DNA from: an uncultured virus (IMG/VR IMGVR_UViG_3300043101_000273)
Taxonomy: Duplodnaviria > Heunggongvirae > Uroviricota > Caudoviricetes
Direction: 5' to 3' (one strand)
DNA: 34,653 bases
IMG/VR virus record: IMGVR_UViG_3300043101_000273
Positions 1 to 9,644 of the stretch are shown in pieces (within the stretch, counting starts at the first letter, position 1; every line of letters starts with the position of its first letter). Below the pieces are notes generated by a model that saw only the letters and a program-made list of their open reading frames with translations, did not search any database and was not told where the DNA came from. The position numbers and the translations under genes were made by a program.

Positions 1-52
1 TGAATTTTTTAAGATTGAATCTTGCATTTTTTAAAAACTAAGGAGGTTTATT

Positions 53-283
53 ATGGTACAATTATTAAATATTAATTTGACAGATACTTATATTGAATGT
101 CATTATTATCCTGAAAACAATAAAACAGATAAAGGATATATAAGATTAAACACTAAGACAAAAGAAATAATTGATTTTATATATACAAGAAATGAAGATA
201 TTCTTACTCCATATTTTAATCTTGCTAAAATACAATTAATTAAAATTTTAGAAGATACAACTCTTTCTAAAAATATTGTATGA
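53..283 (+). CDS. hypothetical protein (76 aa)
   Basis: AAGGAGG RBS at ~40-46, ATG start, plausible composition. Confidence 0.7.
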   Translation: MVQLLNINLTDTYIECHYYPENNKTDKGYIRLNTKTKEIIDFIYTRNEDILTPYFNLAKIQLIKILEDTTLSKNIV

Positions 284-288
284 AACTC

Positions 289-317
289 TTGACTTTATAA
301 GAAAAATAGTCTATAAT
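289..317 (+). promoter_or_regulatory. sigma-A type promoter driving a short non-coding transcript
   Basis: TTGACT(289-294)-17 nt-TATAAT(312-317). Confidence 0.65.
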
Positions 318-322
318 AATAT

Positions 323-392
323 AGATGTTTGCTTTTTAACATCCTGCTTTTGTTAAAAGACCACCTTGTATTATTCACAAAGTGGTCTTTCT
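323..392 (+). ncRNA. putative ~70-nt small RNA
   Basis: Consensus promoter followed by hairpin GATGTT/AACATC and terminator AAAGACCAC...GTGGTCTTT; no ORF. Confidence 0.35.
356..392. terminator. intrinsic terminator, probably bidirectional
   Basis: AAAGACCAC/GTGGTCTTT stem just past the stop of 405..1289(-). Confidence 0.6.
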
Positions 393-404
393 CTCTTTAT
401 GTTT

Positions 405-1289
405 CTATATATATTCTTTTTCATAAATCGCATTATATATTTCTTCTATATACCCCTTTATATCTTCTCTCTTAAAAAGAAGTATATACTCCTTATCTTC
501 TTTTATATTTAATTCTTTACATAACTCTTTATATTGTTCCTCTATATATATTTTATCTCTTATTAACAGGAGATAATTTTCTTTTTCTATATTGTCTTTA
601 TATTCTATGTTATATATATCAATTATATTCTCATTTAACTTATTCATCATATCTTTTAATGTTACTTCCAAATAAGTATTTAATGTTCTTATTATTTGAA
701 AAGTTTTCAATGGATAAGATATATGGTCATTCTTTATATCTATCTTATCTCTTATTCCTATTAAAAAACAATAATTATATATATTATATTCTTTACCAAA
801 ATTCGGACAGCTTATATATTCAGATACATTATTACCATAATAAAGATTAAAATAATTTTCTTTATCCAATTCCAGATTTATCATTTCTTGATAGCTATTA
901 TCAATTATTTCTTTTGCTCCTATTATATTCCCTATTAAAGAAAACAACAAACGATTCATTTTCTTGAAATATAATATACTTTCAATATTTATATTAGCTA
1001 ATAATATCGTTTCTACATTTGTAATATAAAATTCTTCTTTTCTTAAATTTTTGTTTATTATATTTAATACTGTATTTATTTCTTCCAGATTGTTTTCTTT
1101 ATTATAAGGAAAATAAAAATTAACATATAAATGTCCTGACTCCATTCCATAATTAATTACATAGGATTGTATTTCTTCTAATACTTCATTTAAACATATA
1201 TGATTATTTTTTAATATTAACTTAAAGGATTTTATTTGTATTGTTGAATTATTTATTATCTTATTCATTTTTATCAACTCTTTTATCAT
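405..1289 (-). CDS. hypothetical protein (294 aa)
   Basis: Long ORF in very AT-rich DNA; no recognised motif. Confidence 0.75.
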   Translation of the reverse strand: MIKELIKMNKIINNSTIQIKSFKLILKNNHICLNEVLEEIQSYVINYGMESGHLYVNFYFPYNKENNLEEINTVLNIINKNLRKEEFYITNVETILLANINIESILYFKKMNRLLFSLIGNIIGAKEIIDNSYQEMINLELDKENYFNLYYGNNVSEYISCPNFGKEYNIYNYCFLIGIRDKIDIKNDHISYPLKTFQIIRTLNTYLEVTLKDMMNKLNENIIDIYNIEYKDNIEKENYLLLIRDKIYIEEQYKELCKELNIKEDKEYILLFKREDIKGYIEEIYNAIYEKEYI

Positions 1290-1370
1290 AATATTTGTTA
1301 TATTCTAATAATAAAAAATAACCACTTATTAAAAGTGGCTTGATAAAAATAATATTAAAAATTTTTATAA

Positions 1371-1859
1371 TCAATTTAATATATGCACTGCTCCTGAAAA
1401 AGTTTTAGTGCAAGGCAATTTATTTAAAGAAGATATAACATCGTCAATATCTTCTTCTTTAAAATAAGGAATTTCATTACTAACGAAATCCTTATTATAT
1501 ATATAATTATTAGAAATAATATCTTCCAATATTTTTAATTCTTCAATATCAAATCCTGCATACTCATTTAATTGACAAGATGTATAATAATTATCTATAT
1601 ATAACATATCGTTTATTATCTTTATATTCGTAATTTTCCCTGTTATATAAAAACTTAATAAATGTCTTTTTAAAGAAGCAACGTCACGATTATAAAATTT
1701 ATAATATATATCCTTAAAAAAGATTTTACCCATAATATCATTTATATTTTCTTTAATACGAGTATTATTAAATTCATCTTTTATCTCTTTTAATTTTTTT
1801 AATGTCAAATAATCTAACTTACAATTATGGTCTTTAATAATTATCTTATAAAGAATCAT
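1371..1859 (-). CDS. paralog family A protein, unknown function
   Basis: AGGAAGGAG RBS, own promoter; LYxI...KRHLLSFYITG...KDF...YF motif pattern shared with the other family A copies. Confidence 0.85.
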   Translation of the reverse strand: MILYKIIIKDHNCKLDYLTLKKLKEIKDEFNNTRIKENINDIMGKIFFKDIYYKFYNRDVASLKRHLLSFYITGKITNIKIINDMLYIDNYYTSCQLNEYAGFDIEELKILEDIISNNYIYNKDFVSNEIPYFKEEDIDDVISSLNKLPCTKTFSGAVHILN

Positions 1860-1946
1860 ATTATTTCTCCTTCCTTTTAATATTTTTTCTATATATACAT
1901 TTTAAAAAAATTTTATTATTAATTCTATATTATTGTTTCTATATAT

Positions 1947-1975
1947 ATTATATCTTATATTTTGTAATTTGTCAA
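1947..1975 (-). promoter_or_regulatory. sigma-A consensus (early-type) promoter
   Basis: TTGACA-17 nt-TATAAT on minus strand. Confidence 0.8.
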
Positions 1976-1979
1976 TTTA

Positions 1980-4460
1980 AAAAAGAATTTAATATTTTTA
2001 TGAGAGATTCTTTTTTGCAATTATATCTTTTTGTAACATATCTTTTTATAATACATTTCTTTATATATATAAGAAAATAAATTAGAGTGGATTGTTTTTA
2101 AGATTAAACAATCCTTTGTTAAAAACCAATTTTTTATTTTTCTTATATATAATAAAAAATTATTTTTATATTGCCTTTTAAAGAGTATATTAGGATGATA
2201 TATTATTTTTGATATATATATTAAAAACAATTCAGAGCTTTTTTAGTGATGGATTATATTTTTCTTATATATAGAAAAATATCGCCCGAATTGGCGATAA
2301 ATAAATTTCAAATCTTTATTTTGCAAGTTTTACTTGTATAAAATTCATTTTTATTAAAAATTCTATATAGAATAATTAAAAAATTAGGGTATTTTTTGAA
2401 TTATTTATATTTAAATCTTGCATTTTAAAGAAAAATCTTATTTTTAACAATAAAAATCATTTTTTATATTGATAATTGTTAAAAAGCCCTCTTAAAAAGA
2501 AAAAACCATATATATATTAATTTTTTATAATATATATAGAAAAATAATATAATATCTTTTCCATAATAAGAAAAATAATATATATAACAAAATTATTATA
2601 TGAACTATAAAATATGGGAATTATCTATTTAGGAGAGAAAGAATATGTCAATTTTTTCCATTTTAAGAAATCTTTTTTAAATCCTATATATATTACGAAT
2701 TAAATAGGTTACAAAAATTCAAAAATGTAAACTGAAAAACAACAATCATAACAAAATTCCTATATAGTAAGGGTTTTGTTTCACAAGTGTAAAAAAAATT
2801 TGAAAAAATTTTTCAATCGGGCTGCGAGCGGCTTGATTTTTACTTAAAAATAAAAAAAATATAAACTGGAGCGGAATTAATTTTTATTTTTTATTGTTAT
2901 TTTTTCTATATATATTTTTTCTATATATTAACTTTTTCTATACAAGCGGAATTAATTTTATTATTATATATTTTTTTCTATATATATTTTTTTATTATTT
3001 TTCTTTATATATTCTTTTCTCTATATTCGAGGAATTAATAATTTATATATATATCGTTTTTATATTAGAGAATTTATTGTTATTTTTCTATATATATGTT
3101 TTCTTTTTACATACAGAATTGATTTATAAACCTTTTTTTATTTCTCTCTATATATATTCTCTATATATATTCTCTATATATATTCTCTATATATATTCTC
3201 TTTATTATTCTTTTCTATACTACTCTTTCTATATTTTCTTTCTCTATATTTTTCTTGTTATATATATATTCTTTTTATATATAGATTCTTTTAAATATAG
3301 ATTTATATTTTTATACTTCGATTTTTATATATAGTGATTTTATACTTTAAGAAATAATTATAAAAATATAACAGGGTAAAAATTAATTAAAATCAAGGAC
3401 AATAATAAGAAAAATTAAAAACGGATAAAACATTGGAATTATATAGGGAAAATTAGAATTCTATATGTAATATTTTTGTAATATTAATGAAAAGAAATAA
3501 CAATAAAAGAAATTACAGTTTTTACAATTCAAAGTAAAATATACTACAAGTGTAAAAGAAAAAACTACATTAATAAAGAAAAAAGGATTTTAACAAGAAA
3601 TAGTTGTAGTAACTAATTAAGATAAAATCTTGTTAAAACCCTTCATATAAAAAATAAAAATAAAGAGGATAAAAATAACAAAGAAAATAAAAATATTTTT
3701 AAAAAATTTTATAAGAGATGTTTTTGTGTATATAAAGAAAAATTCTATATATAGAAAAGAGTTTATACAGAAAAGATTTTATATATAAGCTTTAATATAT
3801 AGGGAATTTTATTAATTTAAGATTGAATCTATAATAATTGAAGAACATATGTTTTTTCTTATATATAAGGAATAAAAAATAAGAGTATATATAGAAAAAA
3901 CTTCATACAAGAAATTCTATTAATTTTGTTTTTTATATAAGAGAACAAAGATGTTTTTTTATTTTATATATAGAGAATTATTAATAGAAACCAGCAACAA
4001 AAGATTTATGTAATAATTTGTTGTTTTTTATTAATAAGAGTTTTTTATTAAGATGTCTTTTAAAAACAACAGGAGATTTTTTTAAATTCATATATATATA
4101 GGAAAAAAATAATAATCAGAAATTTATTAAGAATATAGATTTTAAAAATAAAAGTTTTCAGAATAAAGGCTTGCATTTTAAAATCTTCTATTATTTTTTA
4201 ATAATAAATTTTTACTGCTGAGGATTAATATAGATGTTTTTTAAAAAAAGATTATTAGATTTTTTATATGTTTTTTCTATATATAAGATTTCTATATATA
4301 AGAAAAATTATTAAACGGAACTTTTTAAGAGTCATTATTAATTTTTATATTTTAATAACTATATTTTTATTGCTCAGAGTAAATATTTATTATCAATATA
4401 ATTATAAAGAGAATTATAATTTTTTATACACCAAATATTTTTCTTATATAAGAAATAAAA
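1980..4460. repeat. 2.5-kb non-coding AT-rich tract with dispersed (TT)CTATATA/TATATAG(AA) motifs; candidate origin/packaging/partition site
   Basis: Many CTATATA/TATATAG copies including palindromes TTCTATATAGAA (~2360) and TTCTATATATAGAA (~3743); T-rich ~2880-3330 then A-rich ~3340-3900; only low-complexity ORFs. Confidence 0.55.
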
Positions 4461-4485
4461 ATATAATTATAGGAGAGGAGAAAAA

Positions 4486-5118
4486 ATGATTAAGAGATTA
4501 ATAAGAGAATCCGAGGCAAGTACTCCAGAAGAATTTTTAAAAGAGTGTAAAGATAGTGGAAAGTTTGATGACAAACAATTAGACGAAATAGCACTAGGAT
4601 TTCACGATTATTTAACAATTAAAGGAGTAAAAACATATGCAAAACCTGAGTTTAATGCTTATCAAATGGCACAAATAAAATGGGGGCTTGAAGAAGGCTT
4701 AGATGTATCATTGTATGCTAAACCTAATATTTCCTATCAGATAATGGCACAAATAAGAAAAGAATTACATTGGGGAATACAAGAAGCAGATTACGAACAT
4801 CCTCAATTTAACAAAGAACAAATTGAGCAAATAAGAGAGGGAATTGTATCTAACGTAGAAGTAGACTTATATGCAAAGCCTGCGTTTGATGCTGGACAAA
4901 TGGAACAGATTAAAATAGGACTTCAAGAGAAGTTAGATTTAGAAGATGTAATAATGTATGCTAATACTAAATTCAATAAAGACCAAATGTATCAAATAAG
5001 AAGAGGTCTTGAACAAGGATTAGATGTATCACAATATGCAAAACCTGAAATTGATGCAGCTCAAATGGAAGAAATAAGATTAGACCTTGATTATGAAGAA
5101 TTAAAAAAGAAATTATAA
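4486..5118 (+). CDS. helical-repeat protein, family C (YAKPEFxxxQMxQIxxGLxxGxDV repeats)
   Basis: GGAGAGGAG RBS; tandem ~24-26 aa repeats; homologous to 30804..31328 and 29069..29520. Confidence 0.9.
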   Translation: MIKRLIRESEASTPEEFLKECKDSGKFDDKQLDEIALGFHDYLTIKGVKTYAKPEFNAYQMAQIKWGLEEGLDVSLYAKPNISYQIMAQIRKELHWGIQEADYEHPQFNKEQIEQIREGIVSNVEVDLYAKPAFDAGQMEQIKIGLQEKLDLEDVIMYANTKFNKDQMYQIRRGLEQGLDVSQYAKPEIDAAQMEEIRLDLDYEELKKKL

Positions 5119-5219
5119 AAAAAGAATTTATTAAAAAAATTATAAAATATAGATTTTTTATAAACCATATTTTTATATATATTATTAACTATTGAAAAGA
5201 AAAGTGAGGTAAAAATAAT

Positions 5220-5690
5220 ATGGAAAATAGAGTGACTAAGAGAGTAGCAGAAGCACAGGCAAAGACAGCAGCTTATATTGGTGAATTTGTTTGTAATTTT
5301 GATAATGTTGTTAATGATTTAGTTGAAGCATTTAATAGCAAAGAACCTAATTATCAATATCAGGATGGTAATGCAACAGTATATGATAAGTGGACTATTA
5401 GTGTTACTTGTGGGTTAGATGGCAAGAAGAAATATATTGGTTTAAATATATTTATGACAGTTACACCTGACGAAGCAAAGAGATTAGGCGTTTATAGTAA
5501 GGCAAATTCAAACACATTTAAGGAATATGAAGTACCACAGGGGCAGCCTAGTGTATTTGCTTATTTACAGGGCAACAGATATTTTGATTCTTCTGAATTA
5601 GGTTTCTTAAATATAAAGAAGAAGATAGATAAGAATAAGGTAGTAAAGATATTTGAGGATGCTGTTCAGTCTGCTCAGTTCACATCATAA
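5220..5690 (+). CDS. hypothetical protein (156 aa)
   Basis: GAGGT RBS, higher GC than neighbours, followed by terminator. Confidence 0.85.
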   Translation: MENRVTKRVAEAQAKTAAYIGEFVCNFDNVVNDLVEAFNSKEPNYQYQDGNATVYDKWTISVTCGLDGKKKYIGLNIFMTVTPDEAKRLGVYSKANSNTFKEYEVPQGQPSVFAYLQGNRYFDSSELGFLNIKKKIDKNKVVKIFEDAVQSAQFTS

Positions 5691-5707
5691 TAAATAGAAT
5701 AATAATT

Positions 5708-5736
5708 AAAGGGAGTATTTGATTACTCCCTTTTTT
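5708..5736. terminator. bidirectional intrinsic terminator
   Basis: AAAGGGAGTA...TACTCCCTTTTTT between convergent genes. Confidence 0.8.
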
Positions 5737-5752
5737 ATGTGTTATATGTTTT

Positions 5753-6223
5753 TTATAATTCAGGATTTATAGTTTGGATTTTATAAAGAGTAAGATTATT
5801 ACATTTTTCTTCTTTTAGTTTTTCAATTACATAATTACAATTAGTCATTCTATTAAAGTACAATACTTCATCTGCTGTATAATCAATTTCTTCTTGATAG
5901 TTAGAAAAAATTTTATGTAATCTTTTTATTTCCCATAGATTAAGAATTCCTTTTATATATAATTCACTGGTATAATAAAAATCAAAATAATCCGAAGTAA
6001 TAAAACAAAGATAATCTCCAGCTAATAAAATTCTTAAATCTCCTGCAATAATTTTATGAAATAAAACTTTTTTTATGTCATGAAGTATATTTTTATTAAA
6101 AATCTTATAACAATAAAAAGGAATTGTTTTTTTTAACAAATCATCATTAAGTTTTTGTCTGTTGATGGATTTATAAAAATAATTCGGAGGAATTTGATAT
6201 GTTATCTCATATAGTCTTTTCAT
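5753..6223 (-). CDS. paralog family A protein
   Basis: AAGGAG RBS; LYEI..IKKVLFHKIIAG..LY..EIKRLHKIF..DY..LYF motifs. Confidence 0.9.
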   Translation of the reverse strand: MKRLYEITYQIPPNYFYKSINRQKLNDDLLKKTIPFYCYKIFNKNILHDIKKVLFHKIIAGDLRILLAGDYLCFITSDYFDFYYTSELYIKGILNLWEIKRLHKIFSNYQEEIDYTADEVLYFNRMTNCNYVIEKLKEEKCNNLTLYKIQTINPEL

Positions 6224-6278
6224 TTATTTTTCTCCTTTCAGTAAAATTTTTCGTAATCAATATTTTTATTACAATTGC

Positions 6279-6307
6279 ATTATATCATATTTTTTATGTT
6301 TTGTCAA
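6279..6307 (-). promoter_or_regulatory. sigma-A promoter with extended -10
   Basis: TTGACA-17 nt-TGaTATAAT on minus strand. Confidence 0.8.
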
Positions 6308-6317
6308 GATGCTTAGA

Positions 6318-6373
6318 AAAATGATGTTTACAAAATGATGTTTAGGAAATAATTCTTAAAGAATGATTTTCAG
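6318..6373. repeat. four degenerate 14-bp tandem direct repeats
   Basis: AAAATGATGTTTAC / AAAATGATGTTTAG / GAAATAATTCTTAA / AGAATGATTTTCAG. Confidence 0.5.
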
Positions 6374-6550
6374 AAGAAGTCCTTTTAAAAGAAGATTTGT
6401 TATATATGTTCTATATATATATTCTAAATATACTTTAAAAACGCTTAGAATGGCTTTTAAGACAAGTAAAATGTTCAACGAATAAATTGTAAAGCGAATA
6501 ATAAAGAGCTTTTAAAAACGAAAATAATAACAAAATATAGTTAAAAAACA

Positions 6551-6579
6551 TTGACAAATGATAAAAAGTATAGTAAAAT
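6551..6579 (+). promoter_or_regulatory. sigma-A promoter
   Basis: TTGACA-17 nt-TAAAAT; the ORF track's TTG start is this -35 box. Confidence 0.75.
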
Positions 6580-6619
6580 AATAATAGTAATAAATCTAAA
6601 TACAAAAGGAGATAAAGAT

Positions 6620-7339
6620 ATGCAAGCTATAATAACAAAAAAAAATGACAAATGTGATGAATATGCAATTCCGTTACCTTATCCTAATGATTGTGAAACA
6701 ATTAAAGAAGCAGCGAAAAGACTTTATGGTGTTTCAGACTTTTATGAAGATAGTATTGAGTTAGAAGTAGATGAAAAAAATGCTTTTGAACGTTCTATCA
6801 AAGCATATTATGATTCTACAATTTATTATAGTATTGACAAAATAAACTCAGCCATAAAATATTACTATGAAAACATTTATGATAATCCTGTAAGAAAAGA
6901 GATTTTTGTAAAAGCTTGTATAGCAGCAAACGGAAAAAATTTATTTCATTTGGCTGATGATGTTTTAATTTGTAACATAGAAGATTTATATATTATGATA
7001 GAAGCAATGAAATATAGCCGTTCGGAAGAATGTGAAAACAATCCTGAATGGTTTGCTAATGTAGTTGATATTTGTGCAGGAAATATAGGTACATATGAGA
7101 TATTCCCAAGTATAGAAGAAGCTGTAAAATATATTTTAGTGTTAAATGCAGATATAGAAAAAGAAACTGATAAGATATTTAGTGATGAAAATATTGAATA
7201 TATTACAAATGGATGTGGCGTTAATATAAAAGATTATAAACAGGCATTTCGTAGGATTCAAATAATAATGGGAATAAATGAATGTAAACATTATTTTTTA
7301 ACAACAGAAGCAGATACAGTAGTTTTTATTTATGCTTAA
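6620..7339 (+). CDS. family B protein, ArdA-like (putative antirestriction) copy 1
   Basis: Start moved to ATG 6620 (AAGGAG RBS); IPLPY..SIDKIN..YEIFPSIEEA..DYK..R..FLTT..VVF pattern resembles ArdA by eye; paralog of 15950 and 17828 ORFs. Confidence 0.6.
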   Translation: MQAIITKKNDKCDEYAIPLPYPNDCETIKEAAKRLYGVSDFYEDSIELEVDEKNAFERSIKAYYDSTIYYSIDKINSAIKYYYENIYDNPVRKEIFVKACIAANGKNLFHLADDVLICNIEDLYIMIEAMKYSRSEECENNPEWFANVVDICAGNIGTYEIFPSIEEAVKYILVLNADIEKETDKIFSDENIEYITNGCGVNIKDYKQAFRRIQIIMGINECKHYFLTTEADTVVFIYA

Positions 7340-7372
7340 TGTCTTTTATGATTGATATTTTTTATAAAATTC

Positions 7373-7403
7373 AAGGGGGAGTAATCAATTACTCCCCTTT
7401 TTT
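7373..7403. terminator. bidirectional intrinsic terminator
   Basis: AAGGGGGAGTAAT-CA-ATTACTCCCCTTTTTT. Confidence 0.8.
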
Positions 7404-7409
7404 ATACGA

Positions 7410-7611
7410 TTAAATAGAATGTTTTACTTTATAAAATTGATTATATTTTTCACTGGTATATTTTTGTAAAGTAGCAATTACTGTATCTACATTTGAAAAG
7501 CTAGGTATTATTTTAGTTGTAAAATCTTTTTTATAAGTAAAATTTTTAAATATACTATCATTTAACAAAACTAAATCTTCAAAAGAAAAATTGCAATGTT
7601 TATATAATTGT
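7410..7611 (-). pseudogene. 3' half of a family A gene split by the TnpB element
   Basis: Translates QLYKHCNFSFEDLVLLNDSIFKNFTYKKDFTTKIIPSF...HSI*, aligning with DLYRFCNFSIENLSLLNKVIFDKFNCNRDF of 9645..10142. Confidence 0.85.
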
Positions 7612-7750
7612 ATGAATAACTCACCACTTAATTGAGGCTTTGCCTCAATTTGAAGTGGGAGTTTCTAAAACTTAGGAACTGAGTTTAAGGGTGTCCACCC
7701 ACCCATCTATTCGATGTTACTCGAATTACTTTTAATAAATGTTGATTCTT
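7612..7750 (-). ncRNA. predicted omega/reRNA scaffold of TnpB
   Basis: Structured, GC-richer segment between the tnpB 3' end and the right end, the established location of reRNA; 5' boundary approximate. Confidence 0.6.
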
Positions 7751-9090
7751 TCTATTTTTGAGTAAAGATAGCTAAAATCTTTAATATTATCAAAAGCAGT
7801 GTCAACTGCTTTTTTTATTATATTAGAAGCTCCGTTTACATCAGCATTAAGTTTAATGCCTTCTTTAGATATATATAACCCTCTATATACTCTTTTACCA
7901 CTAAAAGTATAATTAGTAGTATTATCTTTTTTATAAGTAGGAATAAAGTCATTATCTAAAAAGGAAGATTTAGATGTATAAGATTCCTCATTAAGTATAA
8001 ATTTAATATTATACATTTCACATTTATATTTAAGTTTAGAAATAAAAGTACTATGTGGTAGGAAACAAAAGTTTTGGTTATTTATTGTACCAATATTAGA
8101 CTCTTGTTTCCAAGAGCCATTTTTTCCTACCACAATAGTACCTATCTTATTAGTTAAACAATAACTTATAATATAAGTAGAAATCTTATGTATAGCATCA
8201 TTCATATAATTAGAACGATATTTATAAATATGTTCTAATCTTTTAGAAGAATAAACTCCTAAAGGGAGTTTGCTCTTTAAATCGGAAGTAACTTTATTAA
8301 AAAATTGATTTTTAGATTTAAGAACTTTCCCATTAATAATAAATGGATTTAATCCACAATTATTACTTATAGTTAGAAAATTATCTACACCTAAATCAAT
8401 TCCTATGATTTTAGATTCATCTAAATCATAGTTTTTATTTATATCCACTTCACTAACGATACATACTTTGTATGTATCGTAGTAAGGTGTTACGGTTACT
8501 TCTTTTAAGTTAGATATTTCTCTTTTACCTAAATCCAAAACTAATTTAGATTTAGGTAATTTAAGATAAAAAGTATCACCATCTCTTTTATAAACAACGG
8601 CATCTTGATTCGTTATATTAAAACTGATTTCATCAGTTTTGATATAACCAGGAAGTTTAGGCGTTCCCATAAATTTAGAAGAATTTTTAATGTATTCTTT
8701 TTTAGCATTATTATAAGATTTAAAATCATTTAAACATTCTTTAATGATATTTTGAGTAGTTTGCATAGGATTATCATTATAGTAATCTGGATTATTGTTT
8801 ACTTTAAAAACAGCGTCCATAAGATTATAAGTAGGAAATCCGCTCTTTCTTAAATCCTTATAATATTTAGAATATTCACTACTTTTAACAGCTTCAAATT
8901 CATTTAATACTTGAATTTCATTATCACTTAAATCTTTATTTTCTTTCTTCCTAGCTGTTAAAAGTTGTCTTAATCGAAAAATAACACTATTTTTAAATAA
9001 CTTAGCATTTTTACAATTTTCCTTAAAATATTCTATTAATTCTTTATTACTATCATTATTTTTAACAATAATACAATCAGTTTTATACAT
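7732..9090 (-). CDS. tnpB: RNA-guided endonuclease TnpB
   Basis: IGIDLG (RuvC-I), VVGKNGSWKQ, EESYTSK, NADVNGASNI (RuvC-III); AGGAGG RBS; TTGAAA-17-TATAAT promoter at 9126-9154. Confidence 0.92.
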   Translation of the reverse strand: MYKTDCIIVKNNDSNKELIEYFKENCKNAKLFKNSVIFRLRQLLTARKKENKDLSDNEIQVLNEFEAVKSSEYSKYYKDLRKSGFPTYNLMDAVFKVNNNPDYYNDNPMQTTQNIIKECLNDFKSYNNAKKEYIKNSSKFMGTPKLPGYIKTDEISFNITNQDAVVYKRDGDTFYLKLPKSKLVLDLGKREISNLKEVTVTPYYDTYKVCIVSEVDINKNYDLDESKIIGIDLGVDNFLTISNNCGLNPFIINGKVLKSKNQFFNKVTSDLKSKLPLGVYSSKRLEHIYKYRSNYMNDAIHKISTYIISYCLTNKIGTIVVGKNGSWKQESNIGTINNQNFCFLPHSTFISKLKYKCEMYNIKFILNEESYTSKSSFLDNDFIPTYKKDNTTNYTFSGKRVYRGLYISKEGIKLNADVNGASNIIKKAVDTAFDNIKDFSYLYSKIERINIY

Positions 9091-9239
9091 TAAAATATCC
9101 TCCTTTCTTTAAAATTTATAAAATTATTATACACTAAAATAAATATATTTTCAATATATTTCCATTAAAAAATGCAATTCATCCCCCACTTAAAAATCTA
9201 ACGATTTTTTGAAGTGGGAATACTCTCGCCTAAAACTCG

Positions 9240-9486
9240 ATAGAATGAATAGTACCAGTAACATAAAAATTAAAAAGAGCCTTTTTTATTTTACTTTTTA
9301 AATAATTATCAAAAACGGAATCGTCAAAAATATAAGATATATCTTTAAGGACTATATTATCGATAATAACATTATTAAATGTTTCATTATCGATAAAAAA
9401 CTCGTTTTTAAACTCTTCAAGAACTTCCATAGTTAAATAATTTATAAAATTTGTGCATATTCAAACATTAATCTATAAGTAGACAA
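9240..9486 (-). pseudogene. 5' half of the split family A gene, with an extra 1-nt frameshift
   Basis: TTG start at 9486 after GGGG RBS gives LSTYRLMFEYA, which is out of frame by 1 nt with NFINYLTMEVLEEF...FYVTGTIHSI. Confidence 0.8.
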
Positions 9487-9506
9487 AGCAATCCCCTTTT
9501 TCAATA

Positions 9507-9535
9507 ATTATATCATAAATTTTATGATTTGTCAA
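9507..9535 (-). promoter_or_regulatory. sigma-A promoter with extended -10
   Basis: TTGACA-17 nt-TGaTATAAT. Confidence 0.8.
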
Positions 9536-9644
9536 ATTGAAAAATTGAAGAAGTATTTAAAAGATAATGAATAGAAATATAATTTTTTAAAAACATAAGA
9601 CCTCTTAATAAGAAAATTAAAAAGTGGTTTTTTTGTATATAAAG

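Larger units (their letters stand above)
7612..9239 (-). mobile_element. IS200/IS605-family element, TnpB-only (IS1341-like, non-autonomous)
   Basis: tnpB flanked by two similar subterminal hairpins CCCACTTC...AAGTGG (9183-9220 and 7621-7660); right end finishes TTCA(T); interrupts a gene; exact ends uncertain by ~10 nt. Confidence 0.85.

Noticed and set aside
2021..4489. ORFs 2021..2230, 2894..3334 and 4268..4489
   Set aside because: Low-complexity F/Y/I/L translations of the repeat tract with no RBS
7612..9239. IStron (self-splicing TnpB element) that would keep the host gene functional
   Set aside because: Only ~150 nt precede tnpB, with no group I core; the host gene also carries a separate frameshift
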